Shown here one piece after another: positions 37,171-46,174 of a DNA stretch of 47,283 nt. The notes under the pieces are model-generated. The model had not been told where the DNA came from. It searched no databases and worked only from the letters and a program-made list of their open reading frames with translations. The DNA comes from Candidatus Krumholzibacteriia bacterium (GTDB taxonomy: Bacteria; Krumholzibacteriota; Krumholzibacteriia; LZORAL124-64-63), in contig JAZBOO010000026.1 in assembly GCA_036351155.1 (NCBI GenBank), positions 1 through 47,283 on the forward strand, in the 5' to 3' direction. Each line of letters opens with the position of its first letter. Position 1 is the first letter of the stretch. The translations under genes and the position numbers were made by a program.

Positions 37171-40100
37171 ATGAATGAATCAATGCCCCCAACACCCTCG
37201 GCCGAAAGCGGGACCCACTTCAGTGGGTTTGGCCACCTCATGCCCCACAAGGTGCAAGAGATCCTGCTGGTGGCCTCGATGTATGACGCCTTCACCCTCG
37301 AAGAAGGCGGGCGCCTGACCGAGCTGCTGCTCAGCGAGTACCGTGAACTCAACCTCAGCTTTGCCCCCCGGGTGACCCGCGCGGGAACCGGGGAGGAGGC
37401 CCTGGCCTTGATGGATGTCCGGCGCTTCGACCTGGTCATCACCATGGGGCGTCTGGGCGACATGGAGGCCACGGCCCTGGCCCGGGCCATCAAGGACCAC
37501 TCGCCCAATCTCTCGGTGTTCAACCTGGCCTTCAATCCCCGGGAGCTGGCCCACCTGCAGGCCGCTGATCGGGATTGCTGCATCGACCGGTTCTTCCTCT
37601 GGTCCGGTGACGGGCGATTGCTGCTGGCGATGATCAAGTACTGCGAAGATCGGATGAACATCGCCCACGACACGCGATACGGCGATGTCCGGCTGATCCT
37701 TCTGATCGAGGACTCGGTGCGCTTTTACTCGCGCTACCTGCCGTTGCTGTACACCGAGGTCCTGGAGCAAACGCAGAGCCTCATGGAAGAAGACCTGAAT
37801 CTGAGCCACCGCTTGATGCGGTTGCGGGCTCGACCCAAGGTGCTCCTGGCCCACACCTTCGAGGAGGCCTGGGAACTTTACAGCCTGTACAAGGACTCGT
37901 TGCTGGGTGTGATCAGCGATGGCCGTTTTCCCTGGGGCGGAACGGAGCGGGAAGATGCGGGCGTCGAGTTCATCCGCCGGGTCAAGTATGTGGACCCTCA
38001 CACGCCGGCCGTGCTGCAGTCCACCAACGGCGATCTGGAAGAAACGGCTTACCAGGTGGGGGCGGGGTTCATCAACAAGCACTCCCGCCACTTGCTGAGT
38101 GAGCTGCGGGAGTTCATGCTCGAGAATTTTGGGTTCGGCAGCTTCGTTTTTCGCCTGGCCGACGGCACGGAAATCGGACGGGCGGCCAACCTGCGCGCCA
38201 TGTTGCAGATGCTGCGCACGGTGCCCGTGGAATCGGTGCGCCATCATGCCAGCCATGATCATTTCAGCAACTGGCTGCGCGCGCGGACCGAGTTCGGTCT
38301 GGCCTCGCTGCTGCGCCCGCGCAAGGTGACCGAGTTTTCCGGAGACGAGGAGCTGAGAGAATACCTGGTGCAGGCCATCAGCCGTTTTCGCCGGGAGCGG
38401 CAACGGGGCGTGGTGGCCGATTTCTCTCGTCGGAACTTCGACGCCACCAGCGCCTTCGTGCGCATCGGTGGGGGCTCGCTGGGGGGCAAGGGCCGTGGGC
38501 TGGCCTTCATGAACTCCATCCTCCACCGCTACCAGGTGACCACCCGTTTTCCGGGAGTGGAAATCGGCGTCCCCCCGACGGCCGTGGTGGGGACCGATGT
38601 GTTCGATCGGTTCATGGCCCAGGAGGGACTCTGGGAATGCGCCCTGGCTGAGTCGGACGAGGAGACCATCAGCCGGGGTTTTCTGGAGGCGAAGTTGCCT
38701 CCGGAAATCTACGGTGATCTGGAGGCCTTCCTGGATCTGGTCAAGTATCCTCTGGCCGTCCGGTCCTCGAGCTTGCTGGAGGACAGCCAGTTTCAGCCCT
38801 TTGCCGGAGTGTACGCCACCTACATGCTGCCCAATAGCCATCCCGACCTGAAGGTGCGGCTGGATCAGCTCTGCGATGCCATCAAGCTGGTCTATGCTTC
38901 GGCCTACAGCCAGGCGGCGAAAAGCTATATCGAGGCCACCAGCAACCGCATCGAAGAAGAGAAAATGGCCGTCATCATCCAGCAGATGGTGGGGCGGACC
39001 TACGAACACTACGATTATCCGCACTTCTCCGGAGTGGCCCACTCGGCCAACTTCTACCCCGGGGGCGGGGCCAAGCCCGATGAAGGGGTGGCCTCGGTGG
39101 CCCTGGGGTTGGGGCGCACGGTGGTCGAAGGGGGCAAGACCCTGCGGTTCAGCCCGCACCACCCCGAGGTGTTGCCCCAGTTCGGGACCATCACCGACTG
39201 GTTGAACGGAAGCCAGAGAGAGTTCTTCGCCGTCAATGTGAGCAATCCCGATGTGTATCCGGGGGCCCACGACGACTTCAACCTTTCCCTGCTGGACCTG
39301 TCCGATGCTGAGCGTCACGGCACTCTGGAGGCGGTGGGGTCGGTCTATTCGGCGGAAAACCAGGCCATCTACGATGGTATCCACCGGCCTGGTGCCCGGC
39401 TGGTCAGCTTTGCTCATGTCCTGAAATCCGACATTTTTCCCCTGGCCGATATCCTCAAGTTGTTGCTCGAACTGGGGCGCCGGACCATGAGCGCCGAGGT
39501 GGAAATCGAGTTCGCGGTGGTGTTGCAGGACGGGAAGCTGGCGCCGCACCAGTTCGGATTTCTCCAGATCCGTCCCCTGGCCGCAGGCTACGAGGCGCCC
39601 GATATTCCCGAGGAGATCCTGTCGCCGGAAAAGGCCCTGGTGGCCACCAATGTGGCCCTGGGGAATGGGCGTGCGGAAGATATTGTCGATATCCTTTATA
39701 TCCCACCCAGCGCCTTCGACCGGGCCAAAACGCGGGAGATGGCCGAAGAAATCGGGAAATTCAACCGACGCTTCGTCAAGGAGAAGGGCAGTTACCTCTT
39801 GCTGGGGCCGGGGCGCTGGGGCTCTTCGGACTCGTGGCTGGGCATTCCCGTCCGGTGGGATCAGATTTCCGCCGCCCGCATCATCATCGAGACGGACCTG
39901 GACGATTTCAAGGTGACCCCCAGCCAGGGATCCCATTTCTTCCAGAACCTGACCAGCTTCCAGGTGGGCTACCTGACCGTGAACGCAGGGGAGGGAACGA
40001 GCCATCTGGACTGGTCCTGGTTCGATGAGCAGGAGGCCAAGGAGGAAGGTGAATATGTCCGGCATTTGCGGTTGCCCAGGGGGTTGACCGTGTTGATTGA

Positions 40101-40173
40101 CGGCCGGACCCGTCGAGGAGTGGTTTTGCGGCCGGGAAACGACCTGGAGGTCGTGGTCGATCCGGGCAAATAA
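37171..40173 (+). CDS. Receiver-domain + PEP/pyruvate-binding (PPDK_N ATP-grasp) domain protein
   Basis: Two REC-like domains; LGGKGRGL, AVRSSSLLED, FAGVY, IIQQMVG, LGLGRTVV and LQIRP motifs; no C-terminal PEP-utiliser barrel. Confidence 0.85.
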   Translation: MNESMPPTPSAESGTHFSGFGHLMPHKVQEILLVASMYDAFTLEEGGRLTELLLSEYRELNLSFAPRVTRAGTGEEALALMDVRRFDLVITMGRLGDMEATALARAIKDHSPNLSVFNLAFNPRELAHLQAADRDCCIDRFFLWSGDGRLLLAMIKYCEDRMNIAHDTRYGDVRLILLIEDSVRFYSRYLPLLYTEVLEQTQSLMEEDLNLSHRLMRLRARPKVLLAHTFEEAWELYSLYKDSLLGVISDGRFPWGGTEREDAGVEFIRRVKYVDPHTPAVLQSTNGDLEETAYQVGAGFINKHSRHLLSELREFMLENFGFGSFVFRLADGTEIGRAANLRAMLQMLRTVPVESVRHHASHDHFSNWLRARTEFGLASLLRPRKVTEFSGDEELREYLVQAISRFRRERQRGVVADFSRRNFDATSAFVRIGGGSLGGKGRGLAFMNSILHRYQVTTRFPGVEIGVPPTAVVGTDVFDRFMAQEGLWECALAESDEETISRGFLEAKLPPEIYGDLEAFLDLVKYPLAVRSSSLLEDSQFQPFAGVYATYMLPNSHPDLKVRLDQLCDAIKLVYASAYSQAAKSYIEATSNRIEEEKMAVIIQQMVGRTYEHYDYPHFSGVAHSANFYPGGGAKPDEGVASVALGLGRTVVEGGKTLRFSPHHPEVLPQFGTITDWLNGSQREFFAVNVSNPDVYPGAHDDFNLSLLDLSDAERHGTLEAVGSVYSAENQAIYDGIHRPGARLVSFAHVLKSDIFPLADILKLLLELGRRTMSAEVEIEFAVVLQDGKLAPHQFGFLQIRPLAAGYEAPDIPEEILSPEKALVATNVALGNGRAEDIVDILYIPPSAFDRAKTREMAEEIGKFNRRFVKEKGSYLLLGPGRWGSSDSWLGIPVRWDQISAARIIIETDLDDFKVTPSQGSHFFQNLTSFQVGYLTVNAGEGTSHLDWSWFDEQEAKEEGEYVRHLRLPRGLTVLIDGRTRRGVVLRPGNDLEVVVDPGK

Positions 40174-40307
40174 AACGTCCCAAGAGTCGAATTTTCCTTG
40201 CTCCGGCCAGTGGATACGATGAGTTTTCGGTGAAATCGTTGCATGATTGAAAACTGGTCAAGGATCACGCCGGAAAGGCACAGACTTCAAACCCACAGGG
40301 GAAAATC

Positions 40308-41597
40308 ATGGCTCACGATGCATCGTTCAATCCTTTCGAAATGGCCCGGGAGCAGTTTGACAAGATTGCCAACCTGATCGACCTGGACGACAGCAGCCGC
40401 GCGTTGCTCCGCAGCCCTCTGCGTGAGTATCATTTCAGCATTCCCGTGCGTATGGATGACGGTAATGTCCAGGTTTTCCAGGGCTACCGGGTGCAGCACA
40501 ATGATGCCCGCGGCCCCTGCAAGGGCGGCATCCGTTTCCACCCCCAGGAAACCGTCGACACCGTGCGCGCCCTGTCCATGTGGATGACCTGGAAGTGTGC
40601 CGTGGCCGACATTCCTCTGGGTGGGGGCAAGGGTGGGGTCATCTGTGATCCGCACAACCTGAGTGCCCGCGAGCAGGAAGCCATCTGCCGGGGCTGGGTC
40701 AGGCAGCTGGCTCGCAACGTGGGCCCTGTGGCTGACGTGCCCGCCCCCGACGTGATGACCAACCCCCAGCACATGCTGTGGATGCTGGACGAGTATGAGG
40801 CCATCTCGGGTGGCCACTATCCCGGCATGATCACCGGCAAGCCCGTGGGCATGGGCGGCTCTCTGGGGCGCACCGAGGCCACCGGGTACGGCGTGATCTA
40901 CTGTCTGCGCGAGGCCCTCAAGGAACTGGGAATCGACGCCGCCAATACGTCGGCCAGTATCCAGGGATTTGGCAATGTTTCCCAGTATGCCATCGAGCTG
41001 TACCAGTCCATGGGCGGTACGGTCACCTGCGTGTCCAGCTGGGATCAGGCCGAGCAAACGACTTATGCTTTCTACCGGCCCACGGGTGTTGATCTGAGTG
41101 AGCTGCGTGGCATGACCGACCGCTTCGGCGGCATTGACAAGGCCAAGGCCAAGGATGCCGGCTATGAAGTGTTGCCGGGTGATGACTGGATCGATCGCGA
41201 AGTCGATATCCTGATTCCCGCGGCCCTGGAAAATCAGATCACCAAGGCCAACGTGGGGCGGATTCACGCCAAGGTGAAGGTCATTGCTGAAGGCGCCAAC
41301 GGGCCGACCACTCCCGAGGCGGACCGGGTGATCGAGGAGCGGGGCATCTTCATGATTCCCGATTTCCTGGCCAATGCCGGTGGTGTCACCTGCAGCTACT
41401 TCGAGCAGGTCCAGTGCAACATGAACTACTTCTGGGAGCGCGACGAAGTGCTGGCCAAGCTGGACCAGAAGATGACCGCAGCCTATCAGAGCATCAGTGA
41501 AGTGGCGCGCAAGCAGAAGGTCTACATGCGCGATGCCGCCTACGTGGTGGCCATCGACCGTGTGGCGGCCGCCTGCCGCGACCGGGGCTGGGGGTAG
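40308..41597 (+). CDS. gdhA: Glutamate dehydrogenase (Glu/Leu/Phe/Val family)
   Basis: GPCKGGIRFHP, GGGKGG, DVPAPDV, GRTEATGYG, QGFGNV, EGANGP and PDFLANAGGV motifs. Confidence 0.93.
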   Translation: MAHDASFNPFEMAREQFDKIANLIDLDDSSRALLRSPLREYHFSIPVRMDDGNVQVFQGYRVQHNDARGPCKGGIRFHPQETVDTVRALSMWMTWKCAVADIPLGGGKGGVICDPHNLSAREQEAICRGWVRQLARNVGPVADVPAPDVMTNPQHMLWMLDEYEAISGGHYPGMITGKPVGMGGSLGRTEATGYGVIYCLREALKELGIDAANTSASIQGFGNVSQYAIELYQSMGGTVTCVSSWDQAEQTTYAFYRPTGVDLSELRGMTDRFGGIDKAKAKDAGYEVLPGDDWIDREVDILIPAALENQITKANVGRIHAKVKVIAEGANGPTTPEADRVIEERGIFMIPDFLANAGGVTCSYFEQVQCNMNYFWERDEVLAKLDQKMTAAYQSISEVARKQKVYMRDAAYVVAIDRVAAACRDRGWG

Positions 41598-41599
41598 AT

Positions 41600-44350
41600 T
41601 TGAAGCCGCCACGGGATTTAGACCCACTGGGATCCGTCGATGACGACGGATCCCAGGACTGGCGTACCCTGCTGAAAGATATGCGAGAAACCCGCAGGAC
41701 GCAGTACCTGCGGGTTTCTCGCAAGATGCTCAATCACCTCTGCTCCATTGGTCTCCCTCAGGCCCAGGCCATGCTCGCGGAAATTGACGCATCCAATGAC
41801 CAGGATCGCCAAGGAGCCAACGCTCCCGGGGAACGCCGTTCGCTCGAGGCCTCGGCCCTGATGGAGGGCGCACCCTTCGAGCTGGCCACCGAGTATCTGG
41901 GTGACGAGGAAATCACATCCCGCATCCTCAAGTGGCAAACCGAGGACAAGGCGCGATTCTTCAGCACCGTGATTGGCGATTCACGCTCGACCATGCCCGA
42001 GATAGCCGAGGCGATCAAGCGCTACGACCACGTGCTGCGGGGCCGCAGCGGTCTGGCGATATCCACCCTGAAAAGCCTGCGCGTTTCACTCATTCAGCGT
42101 TTTCTGAACACCCAGCTCGATTACATCAACGTGGCCAAGGAAGTGGTGAGGATTGTCGATTTCAGCAGCCTGCTGGACCGCACAACCCTGACCAGCGGTT
42201 GCATGGGCAAGCTGGGGGGGAAGGCGGCGGGGCTGCTGCTGGCCAAGTGGATCCTGGAGCAGCCCGATCAACAGGACATGGGGTTCGACGAGGTCAAAAC
42301 TCCGCGGGCCTGGTATCTGATCAGCGATGCGGTGATGGATTTTGTGAAGCTGAATAACCTGGACGACGTGATGGACCAGAAATTCAAGGACGTCACCCAG
42401 GTGCGGCGCGAGTACCCCAATCTGATCCAGCTGTTCAAGAACAGCACATTTCCCAGCGAGGTGATCATCGGGCTGTCGCGGGCCCTGGACTACTTCGGGG
42501 AGACACCGCTGATCATCCGCAGTTCCAGTCTCCTGGAAGACCGATTCGGCACCGCCTTCTCCGGCAAGTACAAGAGCCTGTTTCTGTCCAATCAGGGTTC
42601 CAAGTCCGACCGTCTTGACGCCATCATGGATGCGGTGGCCGAGGTCTGGGCCTCGGTTCTGGGGCCGGATCCCATCGAGTATCGGCGGGAGCGGGGATTG
42701 CAAGAATTTGTCGAGGAAATGGGAATTCTCATCCAGGAGGTGGTGGGCAACCGGGTGGGCCGGTACTGGTTTCCGGCTTTCTCGGGAGTGGCCTTCAGCC
42801 ATAACGAGTTCCGCTGGTCGGCCCGGATCAACCGGGAGGATGGCCTGATTCGCCTGGTGCCCGGACTGGGAACTCGAGCGGTGGATCGGCTGGGGAACGA
42901 TTTTCCGGTGCTGGCTGTGCCGGGACAACCCGGTCTGCGCCCCAGTGTCTCTCTGGACGAGCGGTTGCGGTACACACCCACTCAGGCCGATGTCATCAAC
43001 CTTGAAACCAACCGGTTCGAGACCGTGGAACTGGCGGCCTTGCTGAAAGAATTTGGCGGGGATTACCCCCTGCTGGACAAGGTTTTTTCGGTGTTCAAGG
43101 ACGGGCGGTTGCAGAAGATCAACCGGTTCCGGATGGATCCGGAAAAGGACGATCTGGTGGCCGACATGGAAGGACTTCTGACCGACACCACCTTCGTTCC
43201 CCGGGTGGCCGCATTGTTGCAAACGCTGGAGGAGCACCTCGGGACTCCCGTGGACATCGAATTCGCGCATGACGGCAAGGACTTTTACCTGCTGCAATGC
43301 CGGCCTCAGGCCCAGACGGGAGACTCAGCTCCCGCGCCCATTCCGCGGGACGTCAAGGACGAGGACCTGATCTTCAATGCCCGGCGTTTCGTGTCCAACG
43401 GTTATGTCCCGGACATCAGCCACGTGGTCTACGTGGTTCCGGACGTTTACGGGAAGCTGCCCGACCTCGAGTCCATGAGCCGGGTGGGCCGCGCCGTGGG
43501 CCGCCTGAACCAGGTTCTCCCCAAGCGCAAGTTCATCCTGATGGGGCCGGGGCGCTGGGGCAGTCGAGGGGACATCAAGCTGGGCGTGAGTGTGACTTAC
43601 GCCGACATCAACAACACCGCTGTCCTGATCGAGATCGCTCGCCGGAAGGGCGACTACGTGCCGGACCTTTCCTTCGGCACGCATTTTTTCCAGGATCTGG
43701 TGGAGGCGGGAATCCGCTACCTCCCCCTGTATCCGGATGACGAGGACATCGCTTTTCACGAGGCGTTTCTTCAGAGTTCGGAGAATGTGCTGGAAGCCCT
43801 GGCCCCGGAATTTGCCGACCTGGCTGACTGTGTGCGGGTGGTGGATGTGGCCGCGAGTCGACCCGGCCATGTCCTGCGGGTGTTCATGAACGCCGACCAG
43901 GACGAAGCTGTGGGAGTTCTTCAGCCCGCAGAAAGCGACGGCCCTGTGGCCGTGGCCGAGGTGGAGGCGCCCCTGCACGAGCCTTTCCAGTACTGGCGCT
44001 GGCGTTACCGGATGGCCGAGCGCATGGTCCGGGCCATGGACCCGGACAGGTACGGCATTGCGGGCATATACCTGTACGGCTCGGTGAGGGAGGGCACCGC
44101 CGATCCCGAGAGTGATATCGATCTTCTGGTGCATTTCACCGGAACGGAGGAGCAACGCGAACTGGCGTCCGAGTATTTCAGGGGCTGGAGCGGAGCTCTC
44201 ATCGAGATGAATTATTCACGCACGGGGGTGAGGGTCGAAAAGATGCTGGATATCACCTTTGTGACGGACAGCGAAATCGCCGCAGGACATGGAGTGGCGG
44301 GGCGGATCAACGCGACGACCAACCCCGCCCGCAAGCTGGAATTCAGCTGA
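41600..44350 (+). CDS. PEP/pyruvate-binding domain protein with C-terminal nucleotidyltransferase domain
   Basis: LGGKAAGL, IRSSSLLED, FSGKY, IQEVVG, PGLGTRAV, LQCRP and GPGRWGS motifs; C-terminal YLYGSVREG.A.PESDIDLLV (pol-beta-type NTase). Confidence 0.85.
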   Translation: MKPPRDLDPLGSVDDDGSQDWRTLLKDMRETRRTQYLRVSRKMLNHLCSIGLPQAQAMLAEIDASNDQDRQGANAPGERRSLEASALMEGAPFELATEYLGDEEITSRILKWQTEDKARFFSTVIGDSRSTMPEIAEAIKRYDHVLRGRSGLAISTLKSLRVSLIQRFLNTQLDYINVAKEVVRIVDFSSLLDRTTLTSGCMGKLGGKAAGLLLAKWILEQPDQQDMGFDEVKTPRAWYLISDAVMDFVKLNNLDDVMDQKFKDVTQVRREYPNLIQLFKNSTFPSEVIIGLSRALDYFGETPLIIRSSSLLEDRFGTAFSGKYKSLFLSNQGSKSDRLDAIMDAVAEVWASVLGPDPIEYRRERGLQEFVEEMGILIQEVVGNRVGRYWFPAFSGVAFSHNEFRWSARINREDGLIRLVPGLGTRAVDRLGNDFPVLAVPGQPGLRPSVSLDERLRYTPTQADVINLETNRFETVELAALLKEFGGDYPLLDKVFSVFKDGRLQKINRFRMDPEKDDLVADMEGLLTDTTFVPRVAALLQTLEEHLGTPVDIEFAHDGKDFYLLQCRPQAQTGDSAPAPIPRDVKDEDLIFNARRFVSNGYVPDISHVVYVVPDVYGKLPDLESMSRVGRAVGRLNQVLPKRKFILMGPGRWGSRGDIKLGVSVTYADINNTAVLIEIARRKGDYVPDLSFGTHFFQDLVEAGIRYLPLYPDDEDIAFHEAFLQSSENVLEALAPEFADLADCVRVVDVAASRPGHVLRVFMNADQDEAVGVLQPAESDGPVAVAEVEAPLHEPFQYWRWRYRMAERMVRAMDPDRYGIAGIYLYGSVREGTADPESDIDLLVHFTGTEEQRELASEYFRGWSGALIEMNYSRTGVRVEKMLDITFVTDSEIAAGHGVAGRINATTNPARKLEFS

Positions 44351-44671
44351 TCAGCTGAGCTGCATCATGCGCCGCAACTTGCGCTTGCGGCGGTGGATCA
44401 GACGCCGGTACTTCTTCAGTTCGGCGGTGTCCGAAGCCTCCAGAGCCGCTTGCCTTTTTTCCTTGAGCTGTCTGATCTCCGCCTTGATGGTGCGCTTGCC
44501 CAGACCGGCGGCGACATGCTTGTGGGGTTTCTCGATACCGAGCTCCTCGGCCAGCATGTCCACCAGCTCTTCCTTCTTCAAGGCCACGACGCCGGTCACC
44601 TGGGGAAGGTGCTCCTTCATCATGTCGCGCAGATCTCCCACGCGCGTTTTCTGCAGATCGTGATAGTCCAT
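44351..44671 (-). CDS. Small basic hypothetical protein (Rho N-terminal-like helical motif)
   Basis: AGGAGG RBS; LQKTRVGDLRDM...LKKEELVDML motif; Arg/Lys-rich C-terminus. Confidence 0.7.
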   Translation of the reverse strand: MDYHDLQKTRVGDLRDMMKEHLPQVTGVVALKKEELVDMLAEELGIEKPHKHVAAGLGKRTIKAEIRQLKEKRQAALEASDTAELKKYRRLIHRRKRKLRRMMQLS

Positions 44672-44779
44672 TTTTTCCTCCTGATTCCTGGAATAAGTCC
44701 CACAGGACCAAGTTGAAGGCCAATTTAACATTTTTTGAACTTTTTTGAAACCCCCGAGCTGAAGTTCCGTATTCTCCAG

Positions 44780-44817
44780 GTGCATTACTTGACATATGCA
44801 CTAATGCACACCATCAT
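44780..44817 (+). promoter_or_regulatory. Promoter with GTGCATTA...TAATGCAC inverted operator (YtrA-type)
   Basis: Arms at 44780-44787 and 44802-44809 flank TTGACA (44789-94). Confidence 0.55.
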
Positions 44818-44891
44818 GAGGTGGTCAATCAATCGGGATGACACCTGAAGGTTGGGGACATATCAGAGGCCTGCCCCGCCTGGAGGATGGA

Positions 44892-45287
44892 ATGAATTTC
44901 TTCGTCGATGCGAACAGTGGAGTGCCGATTTTCCGGCAACTGATGGATCAGGTGAAACTCCACATAGCCAGCGGGGCGCTCAAGCCGGGCGATGAGTTGC
45001 CGTCGATCCGCAGTCTATCGGTGCCCCTGGGGGTCAATCCCATGACAATCAGCAAGGCTTACAACCTGCTGGTGAGAGAAAACGTGCTGGACCGGCGACC
45101 GGGTTTGCCCCTGGTGGTGGCCGAACTGGACGAGGGCTCACTGACCTTGAGCCGCACTTCCCAGCTGCGTGAAGGTCTGAAGCCGGCGGCCAGGCTTGCC
45201 CGACAATTGAAAATGTCGACCGATGAAGCCATCGGTGTTTTCAAGGATCTTCTGGAACATCAGACCGGGAGCGAGGACGAATCATGA
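44892..45287 (+). CDS. GntR family regulator (YtrA subfamily)
   Basis: PIFRQL...LKPGDELPSIRSL...VNPMTISKAY; short protein upstream of ABC genes. Confidence 0.9.
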   Translation: MNFFVDANSGVPIFRQLMDQVKLHIASGALKPGDELPSIRSLSVPLGVNPMTISKAYNLLVRENVLDRRPGLPLVVAELDEGSLTLSRTSQLREGLKPAARLARQLKMSTDEAIGVFKDLLEHQTGSEDES

Positions 45288-46174
45288 GTGTGATCGACTT
45301 GACGGGAGTCACCCGCGGTTACGGATCCGAGAAGGTTCTGACCGACATGGACCTGAGGGTCGCCAAGGGGGAGGTCGTGGGCCTTCTCGGCCGTAACGGC
45401 GCGGGCAAGACCACCTTGATTCGCCTGATCATGGGGCTGATCGCCCCCTGGGACGGGACGGTCGAGGTGTTTGGCCTGGACCCGAGGAAAGAGCCGATGG
45501 AAGTGAAGCGCCGCATTGGTTTCGTGGCCGAGGATCAGGAGCTGCCCAAGGGGTTGAAGGTTCACCAGGTGATCACCATGCACCGGGAACTTTTCCCGCA
45601 CTGGGATGCCCACCACGCGACCACCCTGGCGGAACGTTTCGCGTTGCCGCCGGACCGGAAAATCAAGGATCTCAGCAAGGGGCAGGCCCGTCAGGTGGCC
45701 CTGCTGTGCGCGGTGTGCCACCGACCCGAACTGCTGATTCTCGATGAACCGGCCGGCGGCCTCGACCCCGCGGCGCGACGTGAGTTCCTGGAAACCAGCA
45801 TTCAGCTGCTGGTGGACGAGGAGTGCACCATCCTGTTCTCCAGTCACCACATGAGTGACATCGAACGCATGGCCAGTCGGCTGGTCATGATCCACGATCA
45901 CCAGAAATGGATCGACAGCGAGGTGGACGCCATACGCGAGGGCTACTGTCTGGCCCAGGTGCCCCGGGAACAGCTGGAAAGCGGAGAGCGCCTGCTGGAG
46001 GTGGAGGGGTGTCTTTGCTCTCGCAGCCATGGCGCGGCCTGGCATGCGGTTTTCGAACGCGAACCTGACTCCTGCGCCCGGGAACTGAAAAACACCCTGG
46101 GCCTGGGTCAGGTGATGTGCCGGACCATCGACCTCGAGGAGATGTTCATCGAACTGGCGGGGAGGTCGTCATGA
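45284..46174 (+). CDS. ABC transporter ATP-binding protein
   Basis: GRNGAGKTT, LSKGQ, LILDEP and SSHH motifs. Confidence 0.93.
   Translation: MSVIDLTGVTRGYGSEKVLTDMDLRVAKGEVVGLLGRNGAGKTTLIRLIMGLIAPWDGTVEVFGLDPRKEPMEVKRRIGFVAEDQELPKGLKVHQVITMHRELFPHWDAHHATTLAERFALPPDRKIKDLSKGQARQVALLCAVCHRPELLILDEPAGGLDPAARREFLETSIQLLVDEECTILFSSHHMSDIERMASRLVMIHDHQKWIDSEVDAIREGYCLAQVPREQLESGERLLEVEGCLCSRSHGAAWHAVFEREPDSCARELKNTLGLGQVMCRTIDLEEMFIELAGRSS

Noticed and set aside
37180..40065. 961-aa minus-strand ORF (likewise 29650-31191 and 40287-41627)
   Set aside because: Antisense shadows of well-supported genes.
40227..40244. GG-N10-GC (CGGTGAAATCGTTGCA) upstream of gdhA as a sigma54 promoter
   Set aside because: The -12 box is good but the -24 box is poor; too weak to call.
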